Shown here piece after piece: positions 51,090 to 64,000 of a stretch of DNA of 64,000 nt (positions within the stretch are counted from its first letter, which is position 1; each line of letters starts with the position of its first letter). The notes below the pieces were generated by a model, which saw only the letters and a program-made list of their open reading frames with translations, was not told the DNA's origin and made no database searches. Origin of the DNA: Octopus sinensis (Eukaryota); NCBI RefSeq assembly GCF_006345805.1, contig NC_042997.1, positions 45,942,001 to 46,006,000 of the forward strand, in the 5' to 3' direction. The translations under genes and the position numbers were made by a program.

Positions 51090-54000
51090 GTAAGCCCATT
51101 CACTTGGGCCATTCTTGCAACATACACCATTTAACAAAATTGCTGGGGCGCAGAATTTCCCTCCCCACTCTCACTTTCCTTTTCAAGTGAAATTTGAAAA
51201 AGTGGAGGGCTTAGCCAAAGAGGAAAGTATCTGTCTTCAGCCCTTTTAACCTGGTCCACCACACAACCTCTTTTGCTAAGGCCACCAGGCAAAGAAAAAC
51301 AGCCTACCCTTCCCGGCCAAAGGAATGCGATGGGTTTATCCCCACAATGGTCTCAGCCGATAGCTGGATTCAACCTACATGCGACAACAGGTGTTCAACA
51401 TAAACCCACTTGTCAGCAATACTCGGGCTCTGGACAAATGTATGCAGAACGGTTTCGTCGCTCTACGCGCATCTCGGGCAAGCCCGGTTGACTGCCGTTG
51501 CGTGGCTGTAGAGATTATCTCGAATAGGTAATGCGCCTCGGTAGTATTGCCAACCCAAGGATTTTTGGAAATTATGCATAAGTCCCGGTCTGAAAGTTCT
51601 CCAGAAAAGACCACCCAATTATTTCTTGTTGACGCGCAGAGTCTCCCAGAGAACATCGTTACACTTACCCGCTACTAAATCTCTATAGAACGCCATAGTA
51701 GAATGTTCACCGACCGCATTGCCTGACTGACAGAGAAGTGTGATCGCTTGACGACAGGTGCCAGGCGCCCTTTATCGGTCTACATTTGATCCAGGGCTGC
51801 AACTCAATCAAAAAGACAAGCTATGGGAAATCGCATATGACAAACGGCGACCATACCTGCTCACCGTCTATGAAGCGCTGGAGATGTCGTGGCCTCAGCG
51901 CACGTTTGCGCATCAATAACCACGGCTTGCTCAACCTTCCATTTATCGACTTTTTATAGCAAATGGAGCAAAATAGTAAACGCTCCAGTTTGGTCAGGCT
52001 CGAGCCGGGACAAGACACGATGGTGGGGCGGTAGTAGATGATGGAATGCGATATAAGCATTCATCACCTCCACCCGACCTTTCAGGGATAGCTTTCTCTC
52101 AACCCATTTCTGGGTGAGATTGGCTACCCTGCTCGCCACCTCGTCCCAGTTCTCCACCTGGGGATCTGAACCAAACCAGATCCCGAGCAATTTAACTGGT
52201 CATTCGATCCAGCGTCCTACGACTCTGTTGGAAAACAAGGACCTGCCTTTCCAGGTACCGAGTTGCAGGCCCACTGATTTCTGGTTAATTTTTGCTCCTG
52301 TCAGCGCTTCGTATTCGTTTAGAGCGGTGCCGACCAGGTCTATGCGCTTGTTTTTCGACCTTATGACGATGACGTCGTCCGCGTATGCCGATACGATCCT
52401 CTCACGTCCTGGTTCGCGCGGGATGCCTCTCAACGCCTCCAGTTTCCTCAGTAGTGGATCTAGAGCCATTACATACAGAAAAGACGCGAGGTGATACTCT
52501 TGATGGACCGAACGCATGATGCTGAATGGTCCCGATAGGTAACCATTCACTCGAACTACCGAGCAGAAATCGCTGTACATTGCTGCGATCCAACCACGGA
52601 AAACGGGACCGAAACCGGCTTCCGTGAGGACGGCCGCTAAGTATTAGTTGTCGACCCCATCAAAGGCTTTAGACTGGTCCAATTTGATCAACGTCCCACC
52701 CATGCCAGCTTCATTTCTCACTCTATCTATGATGTTTATCATGAGGTGGGGGTTGTCGTGGAGGGATCTGCTTGGAGTGGCACATTTTTGCGCATCACCA
52801 ATCAGTTTCTCGATGACAAGCGCCAACCTTCCTAGCACCTTGGCCAAAATTTTGAAGTCTGCGTTGAGCAGCGTTATGGGCCGAACATTTTCTATTGACC
52901 CCTTTGTGTGGTTCCTTTCTCAGTAGTGCCACCACACCTCGGCTCACAGAACTAAGAATTCTCTTGTTCTGCTACCTGTTGTGGAAAATATCTGCTAAGA
53001 GGTCGCCAAATAAGTTTGGCTTATAATAGTAAAGCTCGTAGGGCAGAGCATCAAAACCAAGCCATTTGTCCGCCGTGCAGCCCATTATCACAACTCGTAT
53101 TTCCGCGGCTGTTATCGGCATTTCGAAACGCCTCACTCTACTTGACGAGAGTCATGGCATGCGGCCGAGGTAGGCATTAAAATCCATTCTGTGTTCCGGA
53201 TTGCCGTTCGTCCCAAATAGCTAGGCGGCGAAATGCTGCTGAAATGCCGCACACATTCACTCTGGCTCAAGTATCGTGCGCCAACTTGTGTCCACCAAAG
53301 ACCGAATTATGACTTTTTTGTCACGCTATGTCTCTGCCACTCGGGCCTATCGAGCAGCTTTAATTCTCTCGTGCCTTAGCTCTGACAATGCATCGTTCGT
53401 GCTTAGCGTTTGTCGAGGGCCAATGTCGATTGCGCCTCTTCTAAGTCCTTAACTAGCTTGCCTATTATTTCATTTTTTTTTGTCGCTAGTGCCTTGCTAA
53501 ACCTAATCGATTCTATTCTAATTGCTCTTTTCAATGTGTACCACCATTTATTGTTAAGTATTAACCCCGTTAATGCTCACTTAACTAATTCACTAATCCG
53601 GTCTCTGTAAGCTTAACACACCGGGAGTGATGCGTTCAACTTCCAGTAATCGCGTCTCTGCCCTGCCTACGTATATCCCTAAGCTGACCGTACATATCAC
53701 AAATTTGTGGTCTGTGCAGGCGATGATTTTGCAATGTGGGCAACCTATGCTATTCCTATCTACTGGCCTTCAAAAAATTCTATCTAAATACGATCTGGAT
53801 GATCCACTGCAGTTAGACTAAGTCCACACTGACACATTTGGGAAATCCAGCCGCTACTTGTTAGACATTTGAAAAAGTCTGAGCAGGTTTGCGAGGCTTT
53901 TGCACCCACCTCCTCTATCCGCTAGCCCCACACAGTCCAAACTTAGCTCCGAAGACCGCGCCCCAGTTGCTCATAAGCATTAAAGGACGAAACGTCCAGG

Positions 54001-54313
54001 CGTCTGACGAACTTCGGCTGCCCTACACCTGTCGGAGCATGAATAGCCACCAATCACTACTGCTCATATCTAGGACCACCACTTTACCTTCTGGGTCCAG
54101 GGAGATAGTCTTTATTTCGGGATCCATTCCTCTCGATAAATAGATCTCGTATTCACCGAAAACGGGCATGAACGCTCGTCGGTCGGAGAGCCTGGTTTCA
54201 CTGATGGCCACCACATCGAAATTTAGTGACCTAAGGTCGTTGAGTAGATGACCCTGTTTGCAATGCAACCCCAGGCCACGTTCATTTATACTGCCTGTCG
54301 TAAGCGAGGCCAT
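51090..54313 (-). pseudogene. Tx1 ORF2 pseudogene (APE endonuclease and RT)
   Basis: Reads GSINERGL...DVVAISETR, LDQSKAFDGV, FLYVMALDPLLRKL, SAYADDV, WVERKLSLKGRV and KFHLKRKV, with many stops and frameshifts. Confidence 0.9.
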
Positions 54314-55129
54314 TTAGGATGGCGTTATAGACGCGGAAAAGACTATTTACTGCGATTTTGTTGGTGAGGTGGAGATGGTTATTCTGTAGCTGTTTACACG
54401 AGCAGTTCCTTGTAGATTCTTTTGTTGATATCTTTCATAAAGGCCCCAACTCCAGGATATTTTCTTTTTACTTTGTTACATGTGTTTTGTAATGTTGGCA
54501 GGAATTTTGTGCGTGGCGGTGTGGTGTTTGATGGTGGATGACATCAGTGTTTGTGATGACTGTATGGTTGTATATGTGTACGATTAATTCTTTATTGTTT
54601 GTGTTTATTGTTGTGTAGTTGGTGATTGTGTGTTGCTGGTGTTGAGATGTACGGGCTGAGAGTTGTGTGTCTGAACTGGGGTGTGCTTGTGGTGATGTTG
54701 ACGATGCTGATTTGAATACTGCCTTTGTTGTCAGGGCTGGTGTGGTTGCTAATGGGGAAGTTGTTTGTGTATTTATTTTGTTATGTGTCTGCTCACTCTC
54801 ATCCTACTGGCCAGATTTGTGTGAATTTTTGTTCCTTTTTCTTTTAGATCTGGCGACGTGTTGCGTTTAGGCTCTTCTTTCTCCCGCTCCGCGCAGGACA
54901 TGTCTGGGTATTCTTGTGGGGCTTTTTGGTTATACTTTGCTGTTTTTGTTGCTGTTTGGTGTGTGGAAAGTATAGCTGTTGGTGAGTTGTTTATTTTGTT
55001 TGCTGTTGTTGCTTCTACTGTGATTGTTGTTGCTATTGTTGTTGCTGTTGCTGCTGCTGTCAATGCTGCTGTGATTGATGTTTCTGTTACTGTTGCTGTT
55101 GTTTTTGCTGCTCCAGTGGCTTCCTGCTT

Positions 55130-56238
55130 CTGCAGTTATTGTTGCTCTTGCTTTTGTTTCTGTGGTTGTTGTTGTGTTAGAGGTGTCTGCAGCAGTGCCG
55201 TTTTCTCTTTTGATTGTCTAAGGAAGAAAACCTTTAAGTGGTTTGTCTCACCACAAATGTGACATCTGGGCTTTCTGCCCTCTACCACTACAAATAACTT
55301 TGAACCTCCAGGGAGCTCGATGTGATCTAGGATCACTTGTGCGGTTGCGAAATCTGCATGCGATAAGATTTCCATCCCAGTACCGAACCAATTTTCTTTT
55401 TTGCGTTTCCTGTTTCCTTGTTTCAAGGATTTTACATATATCTTCTATGCCGTACAATACGGCCGTTGCCAGTAGGGAAATGTCCATTTCTTGTGGAATC
55501 TACTCTACCTTCACTCTGACAATTCTTCGATCGCGGTACGTGGGAATCATATCTAATTTCTTGGTCTTCAGGGTTATCGTGGCATTTTCTTTGGCCTGTT
55601 GTTCACTTGAGAACCTCACCTCTACCGTACCAAAACTTTTACCACATGTGACATAATACTTTTAGTTTCATACACGTCTCAGGCATTTTTCGGTCTGAGC
55701 CTCAGCGGCTCTTTCTATTTTGCGCGTTTTTAATGATTATTATTGTCCGCCTCCGTTTCTCCTCCTGCACCTCATCTGCTGTGTTCAGGTGGACTGTTCT
55801 GCCAGTTCTTGTTAGATGTATTTTTACTCTAGCCAAGGCTGTTTCTTACAATTGTACGTCTTCCATCGCGCAGCATATTTCGGCAAATCTACTTTGTGCT
55901 TGCTTAGAAGAAGCAAACGACGTGGCTGCCTTAAATTCTTTCTCCTTCTTTGTTTGACGCGGTAGTGGCGAAATCTGGAGGCGTTTCACGTGAAAGAATT
56001 CTTTTTCCTTTCTATTCACTTACCTGCTTATTTTTGTTACTCTGATTGGTCCTCGTAATCGCAACGGTGATAGCAGTGTTAGCATCCTCTTCAGCTCCCT
56101 CCTTCGTGCTTTGTCGGTGTTCATGGTGTTGTTGTTGTTGTTGGCGGTGCTGCTTCTGCTGTCGTCGTAGCCGTCATCATCGTTTCTGCTTGTACTTTTG
56201 CGCGTGTTATTGTTGTCATAGCAACAAGAGGAAACCAT
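55130..56238 (-). pseudogene. Tx1 ORF1 pseudogene (gag-like, CCHC knuckle)
   Basis: Reads GTVEVRFSSEQQAKE...VVVEGRKPRCHICGETNH. Confidence 0.75.
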
Positions 56239-56514
56239 GTTTCTCTTTGGTGAGAAATGAATTTCACATTCAGATGCGTTTCTTTTCGGAGTTATTACTG
56301 AGTCAACAGAAGGCTGTTCCTGGTCTGGTCGATGATTATTATTTTCCCGTGATTCGACATTTTTTTAAAATTGGAAAGAAATGAATGAAACCTTGTGTTT
56401 CACAAAAAATGCAAAAAATGCGAAACAATTATCATCCCCCACAAAAAAAAAAAAAAAATAATGGGGTGCGGTTACACAAATGATACACAATAATGATCAT
56501 GATGATGATGATAA

Positions 56515-57049
56515 CACTATGGAATAACAACAGAAAAAAGATGGTATAGGCACACACCAGAGAAGGTCACAGAAAACGAGAAAACAATCATAATCTGGGA
56601 TATACCAATACACACAGATAGAAAAATTAAGGCCAACAGACCAGATATAGTTGTCAGAGATCATGAAGAAAAAAATGCTTTCTAATTGATGTATCAATAC
56701 CAGCAGATGACAACGTGTCTCTAAAAGAAATGGAGAAGCTTTCAAAATACAAGGACCGGGAAATAGATGTAACTCGAATGTAGAATCTTAAAACAGAAAC
56801 AATTTCTATCATAATAGGTGCATTAGGTATGATAAAAATTATTCAGACAAATACATAACAAAAACACCAGGACTTACAAATATATATAACATACAGAAAA
56901 TTGCACCACTGGGCACTGCACACATCCTACGCGCAAAACACTTTCAATACAGTAACCGTCAGAGCATCACAACAAATCACAGCACATACCCAAGGCCCAC
57001 AGAGCTGCGCTCGGTAGTAAAGTGAAAGCACGCGATAAAAATAAAGCTA

Positions 57050-57055
<6 letters not shown>
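56515..57055 (+). mobile_element. R4/Dong-type LINE 3' fragment (third subfamily)
   Basis: Reads IHTDRKIKANRPDIVVRD...KYKD.EI...PIIIGALGM; distinct 3' UTR, then (TAA)n. Confidence 0.85.
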
Positions 57056-57117
<62 letters not shown>

Positions 57118-57198
57118 TGATAATAATAATAATAATAATATAATAATAATAATAATGATAATGATAATAATAATAATATAATAATAATAATGATAATG

Positions 57199-57292
<94 letters not shown>

Positions 57293-57311
57293 AATAATAA
57301 TAATGATGATG

Positions 57312-57387
<76 letters not shown>
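57056..57387. repeat. (TAA)n array
   Basis: Direct reading. Confidence 0.97.
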
Positions 57388-57388
<1 letters not shown>

Positions 57389-59424
57389 CAACCTGTCTAT
57401 CCACCACGTATAAAATCCTAACATCTATCCTGGCGGAGAAAACATATGCATTTATGGAGAAGAACGTTATTTTCCCCATTGAACAAAAAGGGTGCCGCCG
57501 AGGCTCTTACGGATGCAAAGATCAACTGCTAATTAATCGTATGATCCTTGAGAACTGTCACAACAAGCGCAGAAATGTCAGCTCCGCATGGATTGACTAT
57601 AAAAAGGCCTTCGACAGTATACCGCATCCATGGATCTTGAGATCGCTGGACATCTTCAAAATTTCCCCTGTGATTTCAAACTGCCTGAAGCACAATATGT
57701 CGTTGTGGAATACGAATCTCCAATTATACCACTCTAATGGAGTACTTGCCTCAGAAAATATAAACATCAACTGTGGAATTTTTCAAAGTGACTCACTTTC
57801 ACCTTTAATATTCTGCATAGCCCTAATACTCCTTACAAGTGAATTAAACAGAACAGGGTATGGGTATAAAATTGCCAATAAAAAAATAAGCCATCTATTT
57901 TATATGGATGACTTAAAACTCTATAGTAAAGACGATAATGAACTTGAAGGCCTATTGCGCACCGTGAAAGCATTCAGCGATGATATCGGGATGGAGTTTG
58001 GACTTGAGAAGTGCGGCAAGGCCACTTTCCAGAAAGGGAAAGTGAAGACCACAAATTCAGTCGTGTTAGATGTTGACACAGTCATAAGAGAGCTTGAGCA
58101 AGAACAAACATACAAATATTTAGGGATAAATGAAGGCTCTGGTATTCAGCATGCAAGCATGAAAGAGAAGATCAGGAAGGAATGTTATAGGAGAGTTCGT
58201 GCAGTCCTGAAATCTGAACTAAATGCACGTAACAAGGTGTTAGCTATAAATACCTTCGCAGTTCCAGTTGTTACTTAAAGCTACAATGTGTTGAACTGGA
58301 ATATGAGTGAAATAAAGAATATAGATAGGAAAATACGCAAGCTGCTGAGTTGTAATAGGATGCACCACCCAAAGGCAGACGTAGATCGCCTTTACCTTTC
58401 CAGAGCCCAAGGAGGTCGAGGCCTGATCCAATTTGAACTAACTTACAAAACAACCACAATTGGACTGGCCAAATATCTTGAAATAACGACTGACTGGATG
58501 CTAAAGCTCGTGGAAAATCACGAGAGACGAAAGAAGCTTCATTCTATCATAAAGGAAAGCAAACTTTTTGCTATTGATCTCGTGAAGGATACCCAAACTG
58601 AACAACCCGAGGGAAGTACGGCAACTATTGTTGCAAAGAAGGTGAAAATAATGGCAACGAAAAAAGCGCACGAGCAATTGGCTGATAGGTGGGAGGAGAA
58701 ACCTCTGCACGGCAAATATGTGGCCCGTAGCAAGCAAGCTGATGTTGACCAGAAGCAAACCCATCAGTGGCTACGGAGCTCGGGGCTAAAAGCAGAGAGC
58801 GAAGGTTTCATCCTGGCTGCTCAAGATCAAAGCCTATTAACCCAGAACTACCAGGCCAATGTGATGAAAAATGAAGCAGACCCAAAATGCCGATTCTGCA
58901 ACGACATGATTGAAACAGTGGACCACCTAATCTCTGGATGTAAAGTCTTAGCACCAGTGGAGTATAAATTAAGACATGACAGAGTTGACCAATATCTCCA
59001 CTGGCTAATAAGTCGGCATTACAATATCAAAACCGCCGACAAGTGGTATAATCACCACCCTGAAGGAGAAAATGTAACGATTCTGTGGGACTTTCCAGTA
59101 CATACAGACCGAACCATCAAAGCCAATAAACCGGATATTGTTGTGAAAGACCAGAACAATAAAGTTTGCTTATTGATCGACATGAGCATTCCCTGTGATC
59201 ATAATATCTCGGCGAAAGAGTTTGATAAGCTCAGAAAATATAAAGACCTGCTCTTTGAAATTGAGAAAATGCGGCATCTCAAGGCGGTTACAATACCAGT
59301 GATCGTCGGCGCACTAGGAATGATCAAGAAGGGAACCGAAAATTATATGAGAATGATCCCTGGCTTACCATCCCTGCAAGAAGTGCAAAAGATTGTCTTA
59401 ACTGGTACATCACACGTATTGTGA
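57388..59424 (+). pseudogene. Dong-like RT and REL endonuclease ORF (one internal stop plus a premature stop near the end)
   Basis: WIDYKKAFDSIPH, GIFQSDSLSPL, HLFYMDDLKLY, CRFC...ETVDHLISGC, RHD and KPDIVV. ORFs 57454..58278 and 58288..59424 are in one frame, split by TAA at 58276-58278. Confidence 0.93.
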
Positions 59425-59610
59425 AGAGCATTGTCGATGTGAGAACTATTACTACCCATGTATTTTAATTTAACTTAAAAAAAAAAAATTAACGAACTAG
59501 TGAGTTTAGTTTAATGGCCTACCAATGTATACTATGAGTTTCTTTGCCCGAGGAGTCGGGAAGACACACGGCAAGAAATGGAAGCAAATTTGAAAGAAGA
59601 AGAAAAAAAG
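57388..59610 (+). mobile_element. R4/Dong-type LINE, 5'-truncated, between (TAA)n tracts
   Basis: RT, CCHC-like and REL endonuclease regions, then a 3' UTR shared with 8283-8400. Confidence 0.95.
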
Positions 59611-59689
59611 ATAATAATAAATAATAATAATGATAATATTTAAAAATAACAACAGAAACAGCAATAATAATGATAATAACAATTTCTTT

Positions 59690-60316
59690 GTTAACATGGG
59701 TTCCAGGAGACACAAGATGACAGAGTGGTGCTACTGTGAGTTAGCTTTGCGTGGACTAATATTTGTTGAGAGTGCTGTTGCTTTCTGGTTTTGCAGTCTG
59801 ATGCAATGTCAAACTTTCCTGTGATGTGATCAACCTGGTGCGCTTTTAATCAGATATCAGATGTTGTACCCACCGAGCAGAAAGCTTTGTCATTCCAAGT
59901 TCATTGTGTAGAATATTCTCAACTCTCTCACGGGATCTGCTAATGAAACGGGCTATTTGATTTATAGTCAATTACCTGTCGTCCATCACCATGCGGTAAA
60001 CACGATCAATGTTTTCCTCGGTGGTGGCAGTTGCGGGAGATTCTCCCCAACGCCAAACACAGTTGCCCACTTTTGCACTCTTTTACTTGTTTCAGTCATG
60101 TGACTGTGGCCATGCTCGAGCACCGCCTTTAGTCGAGCAAAGCGACCCCAGAACGTATTCTTTGTAAGCCTAGTACTTATTCTATCGGTCTCTTTTGCCG
60201 AACTACTAAGTTACGGGGACGTAAACACACCAGAATCGGTTGTCAAACGATGTTGGTGGGGGGACAAACACAGACACACAAACACAGACACACACACACA
60301 CCACACACACACACAC

Positions 60317-60350
<34 letters not shown>

Positions 60351-60799
60351 CATATGTACGACGGGCTTCTTTCAGATTCCGTCAATCAAATTCACTCACA
60401 AGGCTTTGGTCGACCCGAGGCTATAGTAGAAGAGACTTGCCCAAGGTGCCACGCAGTGGGACTGAACCTAGAACCCTATGGTTCGTAATCAAGCTACATA
60501 CCACTCAGTAACTCCTAGTACCATACCCTATTGTAGCAACCCTATGATTATGAATGTCGTGGGGTCTAAACCGTTTTTCTGCAGGTACTTGATAACAGTA
60601 AGATGCTAAATTTTGTCCATTTTCAAGAGAAGTCGTTAATAGTTACATTTGAAGCTTTCTTTGAACAGTCAAATGTGGTTTACATGGAAAGTAACAATGT
60701 AGTTATTAATAAGACGGGATGACATTAATGGACACAAGATTCCACAGTTCTAACATCACTCCTTCATATTCAGCCTATGAACTTTTCAGCCCACCCTCG
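59690..60799 (-). mobile_element. Second mariner family: 5' TIR and decayed transposase N-terminal half, interrupted by a SINE
   Basis: TA|CGAGGGTGGGCTGAAAAGTTC at 60801-60779, then MDKI*HLTVIKYLQKNGL, and after the SINE TTEENIDRVYRMVMDDR.LTINQIA...ELGMTKLSARWV. Confidence 0.85.
60077..60516 (-). mobile_element. Full SINE family B nested in the mariner
   Basis: Matches the family B consensus. Confidence 0.9.
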
Positions 60800-60915
60800 T
60801 AAGAATTCGTATGTCCATAAAGACATTTCCTTGACCATATGTCGTTCCTTGTTACCTCGGTGCTCATAACCCACACCAAGGGAACTGGATAACGTAAAAC
60901 CAGATATTCTATTTT

Positions 60916-61040
60916 TTTATCTACTCTAGCACAAAGCCCGAAATTTTGGAGGAGGAGCCAGTCGATTAGATCGACCCTAGTACGCAACTGGTACTTAATT
61001 TATCTACCCCGAAAGGATGAAAGGCAAAGTCGACCCCAGT
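60916..61040 (-). mobile_element. SINE family A 3' fragment
   Basis: CTACTCTAGCACAAAGCCCGAAATTTTGG...GGCAAAGTCGAC. Confidence 0.8.
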
Positions 61041-61304
61041 GGCGGAAACCATATATTATATTAGGACTGTAAGTATAAGTGTGAATCGCAACAATTTAGC
61101 CTTCATTCTCACAAGATATCTGCATGTCACCTTCTTTCATTACCGCTTTAAAAGAAAATCTTTGAGCGAAGAAACATAATTTTTCTCTGTGTCCTCAGCA
61201 GAATTCTACTCAAGTTTCTATGATTTCCGTGACGATTAAGAATGAATATATAAGCGTTATGTGTGTGAATCTGTGTGTGGCTATTCTTGTTATTATGATT
61301 ATCT

Positions 61305-61440
61305 TTATTCCACTGAGGTCGACTTTGCCTGTTATCCTTTCGGCGTCGATAAATCAAGTACCATTGAAACAGTGGGGTCGATGTAATCGACCAATGCCTC
61401 TCCTCCAAATTTCAGGCCTTGTGCCTGTAGTAGAAAGGAT
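61305..61440 (+). mobile_element. SINE family A 3' fragment
   Basis: GAGGTCGACTTTGCC...GGCCTTGTGCCTGTAGTAGAAAG. Confidence 0.8.
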
Positions 61441-61861
61441 TTGATGCAAATCTTTAAATATACTCTTATTTGTGACAGAAAAATGAGGAACATCAGGTTT
61501 TTGTTTGTTATGTTCGTATTTTCAGTTCCTAGATTTTCCAGTTTTTGTATGGTATCTGTGCAAAAGTTTCCGTTCATTGAGAAGGCGTGTCAGGCCAACA
61601 ATTTCTTTGGAATATCGACGAGCGAATGAGACATTTTCAAAATGTCTTTTTTCCATAGAAATGTCAAAAGAAGAGATTAAATAAAAACGCTCAAACCTTA
61701 AGCAATACTTGCGTGCAATAAGACATAAGTAGTAACCCAGTTTTTGCCTAAATGGACAAAATTTAATCTTTTGACCGGAGCGAAATAAGACGACTTCGCC
61801 AGGCAAACGGCAACATAAAAAGCAAGAAAGAAAGTGACAACAACAACAACAGCAAAATACT

Positions 61862-61926
61862 AATTCTTTCTTTATTGGTCACAGGGACCGCAAAATACTT
61901 AAGACAATGCAAAGACAAAGGTCACT

Positions 61927-61981
<55 letters not shown>

Positions 61982-63290
61982 GCATATAAGCAATAAAAGA
62001 ACAATAACAGTTTATAAAATAATATAACAAAATTCGTTGATGAAACGTCATCCAGGGATGACGAAAGGAGCCCACGGATCCAGAGTAACCCAGTCGACCA
62101 GAAATATCATCTCCTCTCACCTTTATACTTTTCAGCCTACAACCTCATACCCATCTTTCGACAAATTTACTGAAGAGCAGTAAATAACCTCTTCACCTTC
62201 ACTTTCCTTTCCAAGTGAAACTTGGATAAAAAGTGATGAAGACTTGACTGAAAATGAAAGTGTCGCTCTTCAGTTCTTTCAGTCACGTCTACCACACAAC
62301 CTCTTTTACCAAAGCCACCAAAGGAAACTCTTTGCTCTTCTCGACCAATAAAAGGGGTGACATTCACGATGGTATCGGCTGATATCTGGATTCATGATAG
62401 ATGTGGTAGTAGCTGTTCGATAGAGCTCCACGTATCAGTAATATGCGAACACTGTTCGAGCGCTTGCAGGTCGGTTTCGTTTCTCTACGCACATGTAGGG
62501 CTGACCTAGCTGATGGTACTGCTATGCAAGTAGACTTTATCTCGAGCTGGCAATTCCAGAGAATCCAAAGGTTATTCCTGGGTGCCGGCACGAGTGTTTT
62601 CCAGAAAGCATCAACAAATTGATTCTCTTCGGCATCCAGACCCTCCTCCGAGAAGTTCATCACTTTTGCTTGCCTATAGAAAGACTAAGTGAAATTTATA
62701 CCGACCGTTTTGTTCGAGGTAAAGTCAGTGAGCCCTGACCACACTCTAATTGCCAGGTACGTTTCCTTGAAATATGCTTCATCCAGGACTGCAGCTCTGT
62801 TAAAGACACGAATGTATAAAAGCAATTCTTACAAATAGCCATCACGTCTGCTCACTGTCAAGGAAATGCTGGGGCTGGCGCATGTCCACATTCACACATT
62901 CGGTAAATCCAGTCGGTACCTGTCAGCCAGTTGAAAACGTCTGAGAATTTCACATGGCATTTGCACCACACTCTCTTATCAGATTGTTTCACACAATCTA
63001 AACGTGTATGCACGATGGCGTTTCAGTAGTCCTATAGTTCTTAAGAGAACATCCTTGAAGAAATTCGGCTGTCTCGTTCCTGTCGGATCATAATCATCTA
63101 TCAGCCTGAAGGCATCTACTTCGCTACTGTTCACTACCAACTTACCTTCTGGCACCAAGAAGACGATCGAAACAACACAGCAACTCCGCCTCCGAGATGG
63201 AGATAAGTGGATCACGGATCCACCAAAAATGAACACGAAGGCTAGTGAATCGGAAACTCCGGTCTCCCTGCCGCTCATTACATCTATATC
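61862..63290 (-). mobile_element. Second L1/Tx1 family: ORF2 C-terminus and 3' UTR
   Basis: SKFHLERKVKV is homologous to KFHLKRKV near 51180. It ends CCCTGTGACCAATAAAGAAAG. Confidence 0.75.
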
Positions 63291-63849
63291 TCGAAACTTG
63301 AGGTCGATGAGCAAGTGGCTCTACTTCTAAGGTAACTCATCCATTTACATTGCCTATTCTGAGTAAAGCTATGCTGAACAAAAGGAGAAAGATATGACAG
63401 GATCACTAACTTATTCTTATGGAGGGATACGTGTTTCGTATCTCTGACTCGCTGTGGTTGATTCCACAAGCCGTTCTTTGTATAGCCTTTACTTGATATT
63501 CCATACAAAGTTTCCTACTCCGTTGGCATATAGGTGTTTTTATGGCGTTGTATATGTTTAGAGTGGTTTGGATGATTTTTATATGCTGGTGTGCTATTTG
63601 TTGGTGTGATTAAGTCATTCAGAGTGATGTTTCTGTGTTGATGCGTATGTTCCAGTAATTCCATATTGTATGTATTTATGACATACTATTATTTGATGGC
63701 TCTTAGCCGTTGTCTTTGGTTTGATTATTTGATGGGTTTGCTCATGTTTGTGATGACGGATGTTTCTTTTTGTTTTCCGCGGAAGATGATCGCTTCTGTC
63801 CAGTTTCCATTTGGACACCCATGATAGGAAAACGTTGTAGTGGTACCAC

Positions 63850-64000
63850 TGGTAGACTACTCTTTGAGACGCATGGCTTAGAGGTTAGGGTTTTGGACTG
63901 ATTATCGTAAAATTGTGGTACCGATTCCTGGACCGGGTGACGTGCTGTGTTCTTAAGCAAAACACTTCATTTCACGTTCCTGCAGTCCACTCAGTTGACA
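63850..64000 (+). mobile_element. SINE family C 5' part (cut by the window edge)
   Basis: GCATGGCTTAGAGGTTAGGG...GTGTTCTTAAGCAAAACACTTCATTTCACG...CAGTCCACTCAG. Confidence 0.7.

Larger units (their letters stand above)
50841..56440 (-). mobile_element. Near-full-length L1/Tx1-clade LINE (decayed)
   Basis: ORF1 with zinc knuckle, APE endonuclease, RT and C-terminal region in order. AATAAAGAAATC then (ATT)n at the 3' end. Confidence 0.9.

Overview
This is eukaryotic, AT-rich, repeat-saturated DNA. The tRNA-derived SINE families and the very high load of (TA)n, (ATGT)n, (TAA)n and (AG)n microsatellites point to an octopod cephalopod (Octopus-like) genome; this is my inference and was not searched. 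I found no intact, recognisable host protein-coding gene. Most ORFs in the supplied track are microsatellite or antisense artefacts. Transposon content: (1) three decayed Tc1/mariner elements, one with both TIRs and a TA duplication; (2) four R4/Dong-type REL-endonuclease LINE copies next to (TAA)n arrays, one still readable over about 2 kb; (3) one near-full-length L1/Tx1-clade LINE and two fragments; (4) several RTE fragments, two of them as inverted pairs; (5) Penelope-like element (PLE) RT and GIY-YIG fragments; (6) four SINE families; (7) probable non-autonomous Helitron ends. There is also a decayed tRNA-Arg gene. The most striking signal is non-coding: about ten type I hammerhead-ribozyme-like motifs from several unrelated repeat families, many inside foldbacks next to (TA)n. 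The best example (27886-28703) is a 357-bp, circularly permuted, hammerhead-bearing unit with an inverted copy, which resembles a retrozyme or non-autonomous PLE. Other points of interest are SINE 3' tails that match LINE 3' ends in the same window (RTE and Tx1), a dimeric SINE, a duplicated RFX X-box, and a low-confidence chain of three phase-compatible exons.
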